Source: Halioglobus sp. (lineage in GTDB: Bacteria > Pseudomonadota > Gammaproteobacteria > Pseudomonadales > Halieaceae). Taken from it: a stretch of 64,000 nucleotides of DNA. A program made the translations under genes and the position numbers. This document shows positions 62,916-64,000 of this stretch, one piece after another; positions within the stretch are counted from its first letter, which is position 1, and every line of letters begins with the position of its first letter. The stretch lies in the NCBI GenBank assembly GCA_036961345.1, contig JBALVT010000003.1:6139-70138 (forward strand). Reading direction: 5' to 3'. The notes under the pieces are model-generated. The model ran no database searches. It was not told the origin of the DNA and worked only from the letters and a program-made list of their open reading frames with translations.

Positions 62916-64000
62916 ATGGATTGGGGCAAGCATTTTTTAAACATTTTTTTGGTATTTGCATTGTTTTCCGAGCTCGGTTACGCCGGGCCTCGTGAGCAGG
63001 CTATACGCATTCACGATCGCTTGACCGGCGTGCCGGCCAGCGATGCGATGTTGGATGTGATGGAAAGCGCCATCGGCGGAAGCGGGGGTGCAGTGACAGC
63101 TGCTCTGTATGCCATCGACGGTGCGCCCGATCTACAGGCCACCGGAGATTTCTACACGGTTACCTTGAAGAACTGGGCAACCCCCTGGAGCAATGAAGCC
63201 CAGGACAGTTTTGCGCCACTGAACGATTACAGTGCAACCGTCATTGGCATGGCGCGAGACGAAATAGATTTTAGGCAATTGCTGTCGGCGGATATTATGT
63301 ACCGTGGAGCGATCGCAGGGATACCTGCCTATTCTGGCAGTAACAATGATCACTATGAATTCCTGGAAGCATCCGGGCGAAATCTGGGCGATCCCGATGT
63401 CCTGGTAAGAGATCTTCAGAGCAGCGTCACCAGCCTTCCCCAATCCGCAGTTGCGGGTGTTATGACCACGCGAGCTGCGGCGCGTTCCTTCTTTGTTGAT
63501 GGTACCAACCGTGCGATGTTCCGTTTCACGCTATTGAATCACCTGTGCATGGACCTGGAACAACTCAAGGACGGCAGCAGGCCACCCGATCGAATCAGGC
63601 AAGATGTGTCGCGCAGTCCTGGCGGTGATAGCGCGTTATTTCTGAATCAATGTGTTACCTGCCACAGCGGTATGGACCCAATGGCCCAGGCATTTGCCTA
63701 TTATGATTTCCCGTATCCGGCAGAGGAGGAATTTCCCAATCTTGAGTTGGACGCTCGTAAGGACATGGGAAATATTGTGTACACCGAGGGAGTGGTGCAA
63801 GCCAAGTATTCGATTAACTCAGCAACCTTTGCCACTGGTTATGTCACGCCGAATAACCATTGGACCAATTACTGGCGCCTGGGGGATAACAGCGGGCGCG
63901 TTGGCTGGCACGGGGACGCTGCAAATACGGGTGCCTTTGATTTGGCCGTAAACCCGGCCTACTCCGAGGGAGACGGCGCGGCTTCGCTGGGTTCTGAACT
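62916..64000 (+). CDS. Secreted protein with a CXXCH-x3-DP motif; C-terminal end lies beyond the right window edge
   Basis: Not in the ORF track because it has no stop in the window. I translated it by hand from ATG 62916: MDWGKHFLNIFLVFALFSELGYAGP... It stays open to nt 64000. CVTCHSGMDP is encoded from 63651. Confidence 0.7.
   Translation, partial: MDWGKHFLNIFLVFALFSELGYAGPREQAIRIHDRLTGVPASDAMLDVMESAIGGSGGAVTAALYAIDGAPDLQATGDFYTVTLKNWATPWSNEAQDSFAPLNDYSATVIGMARDEIDFRQLLSADIMYRGAIAGIPAYSGSNNDHYEFLEASGRNLGDPDVLVRDLQSSVTSLPQSAVAGVMTTRAAARSFFVDGTNRAMFRFTLLNHLCMDLEQLKDGSRPPDRIRQDVSRSPGGDSALFLNQCVTCHSGMDPMAQAFAYYDFPYPAEEEFPNLELDARKDMGNIVYTEGVVQAKYSINSATFATGYVTPNNHWTNYWRLGDNSGRVGWHGDAANTGAFDLAVNPAYSEGDGAASLGSE

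Overview
This 64-kb window looks like core chromosome of a gammaproteobacterium. The synteny is Pseudomonadales/Cellvibrionales-like, GC is roughly 50% by eye, and gene packing is very tight. I saw no transposase, integrase, prophage or CRISPR signal. Left third (housekeeping): priA (truncated by the window edge) is divergent from rpmE, followed by a malic enzyme. Next comes ponA/mrcA divergent from pilMNOPQ-aroK-aroB-gltB-gltD-hemE. Then cysE, a TrmB-like methyltransferase, an acetyltransferase, and a co-directional comF-modABC-srkA string divergent from an orphan bioB. Middle: a large acyl-CoA dehydrogenase, tRNA-Pro(CGG), and a lipoprotein quinohemoprotein (cytochrome c fused to a PQQ propeller). 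A polyamine-type pair (FAD oxidoreductase and glutamine-synthetase-like ligase) has its ligase operon continuing into an unknown 6-TM protein and mtnA. Then a LysR-controlled B12-binding radical SAM gene followed by a 65-aa four-Cys protein, a PA3496-like acidic mini-protein, a second shikimate kinase, and gcvT. Right third: an 11-kb co-directional array of hybrid histidine kinase, HD-GYP response regulator, MoxR, DUF58, DUF4381, BatA, BatB/C and BatD. After it come an orphan HNH nuclease, a FAH-family hydrolase, and the cluster I consider the best candidate for an undescribed system. That cluster is a six-gene minus-strand operon: a 935-aa lipoprotein with two CXXCH motifs, an SH3-OMP, an OMP, a TlpA thioredoxin, a DUF4266 lipoprotein and a DUF3570 barrel. 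It converges on and overlaps apbE, and it is divergent from another CXXCH protein that runs off the right edge. The second-best candidate is the B12-rSAM/zinc-ribbon/LysR module. All family assignments come from reading the translations; no database search was possible.
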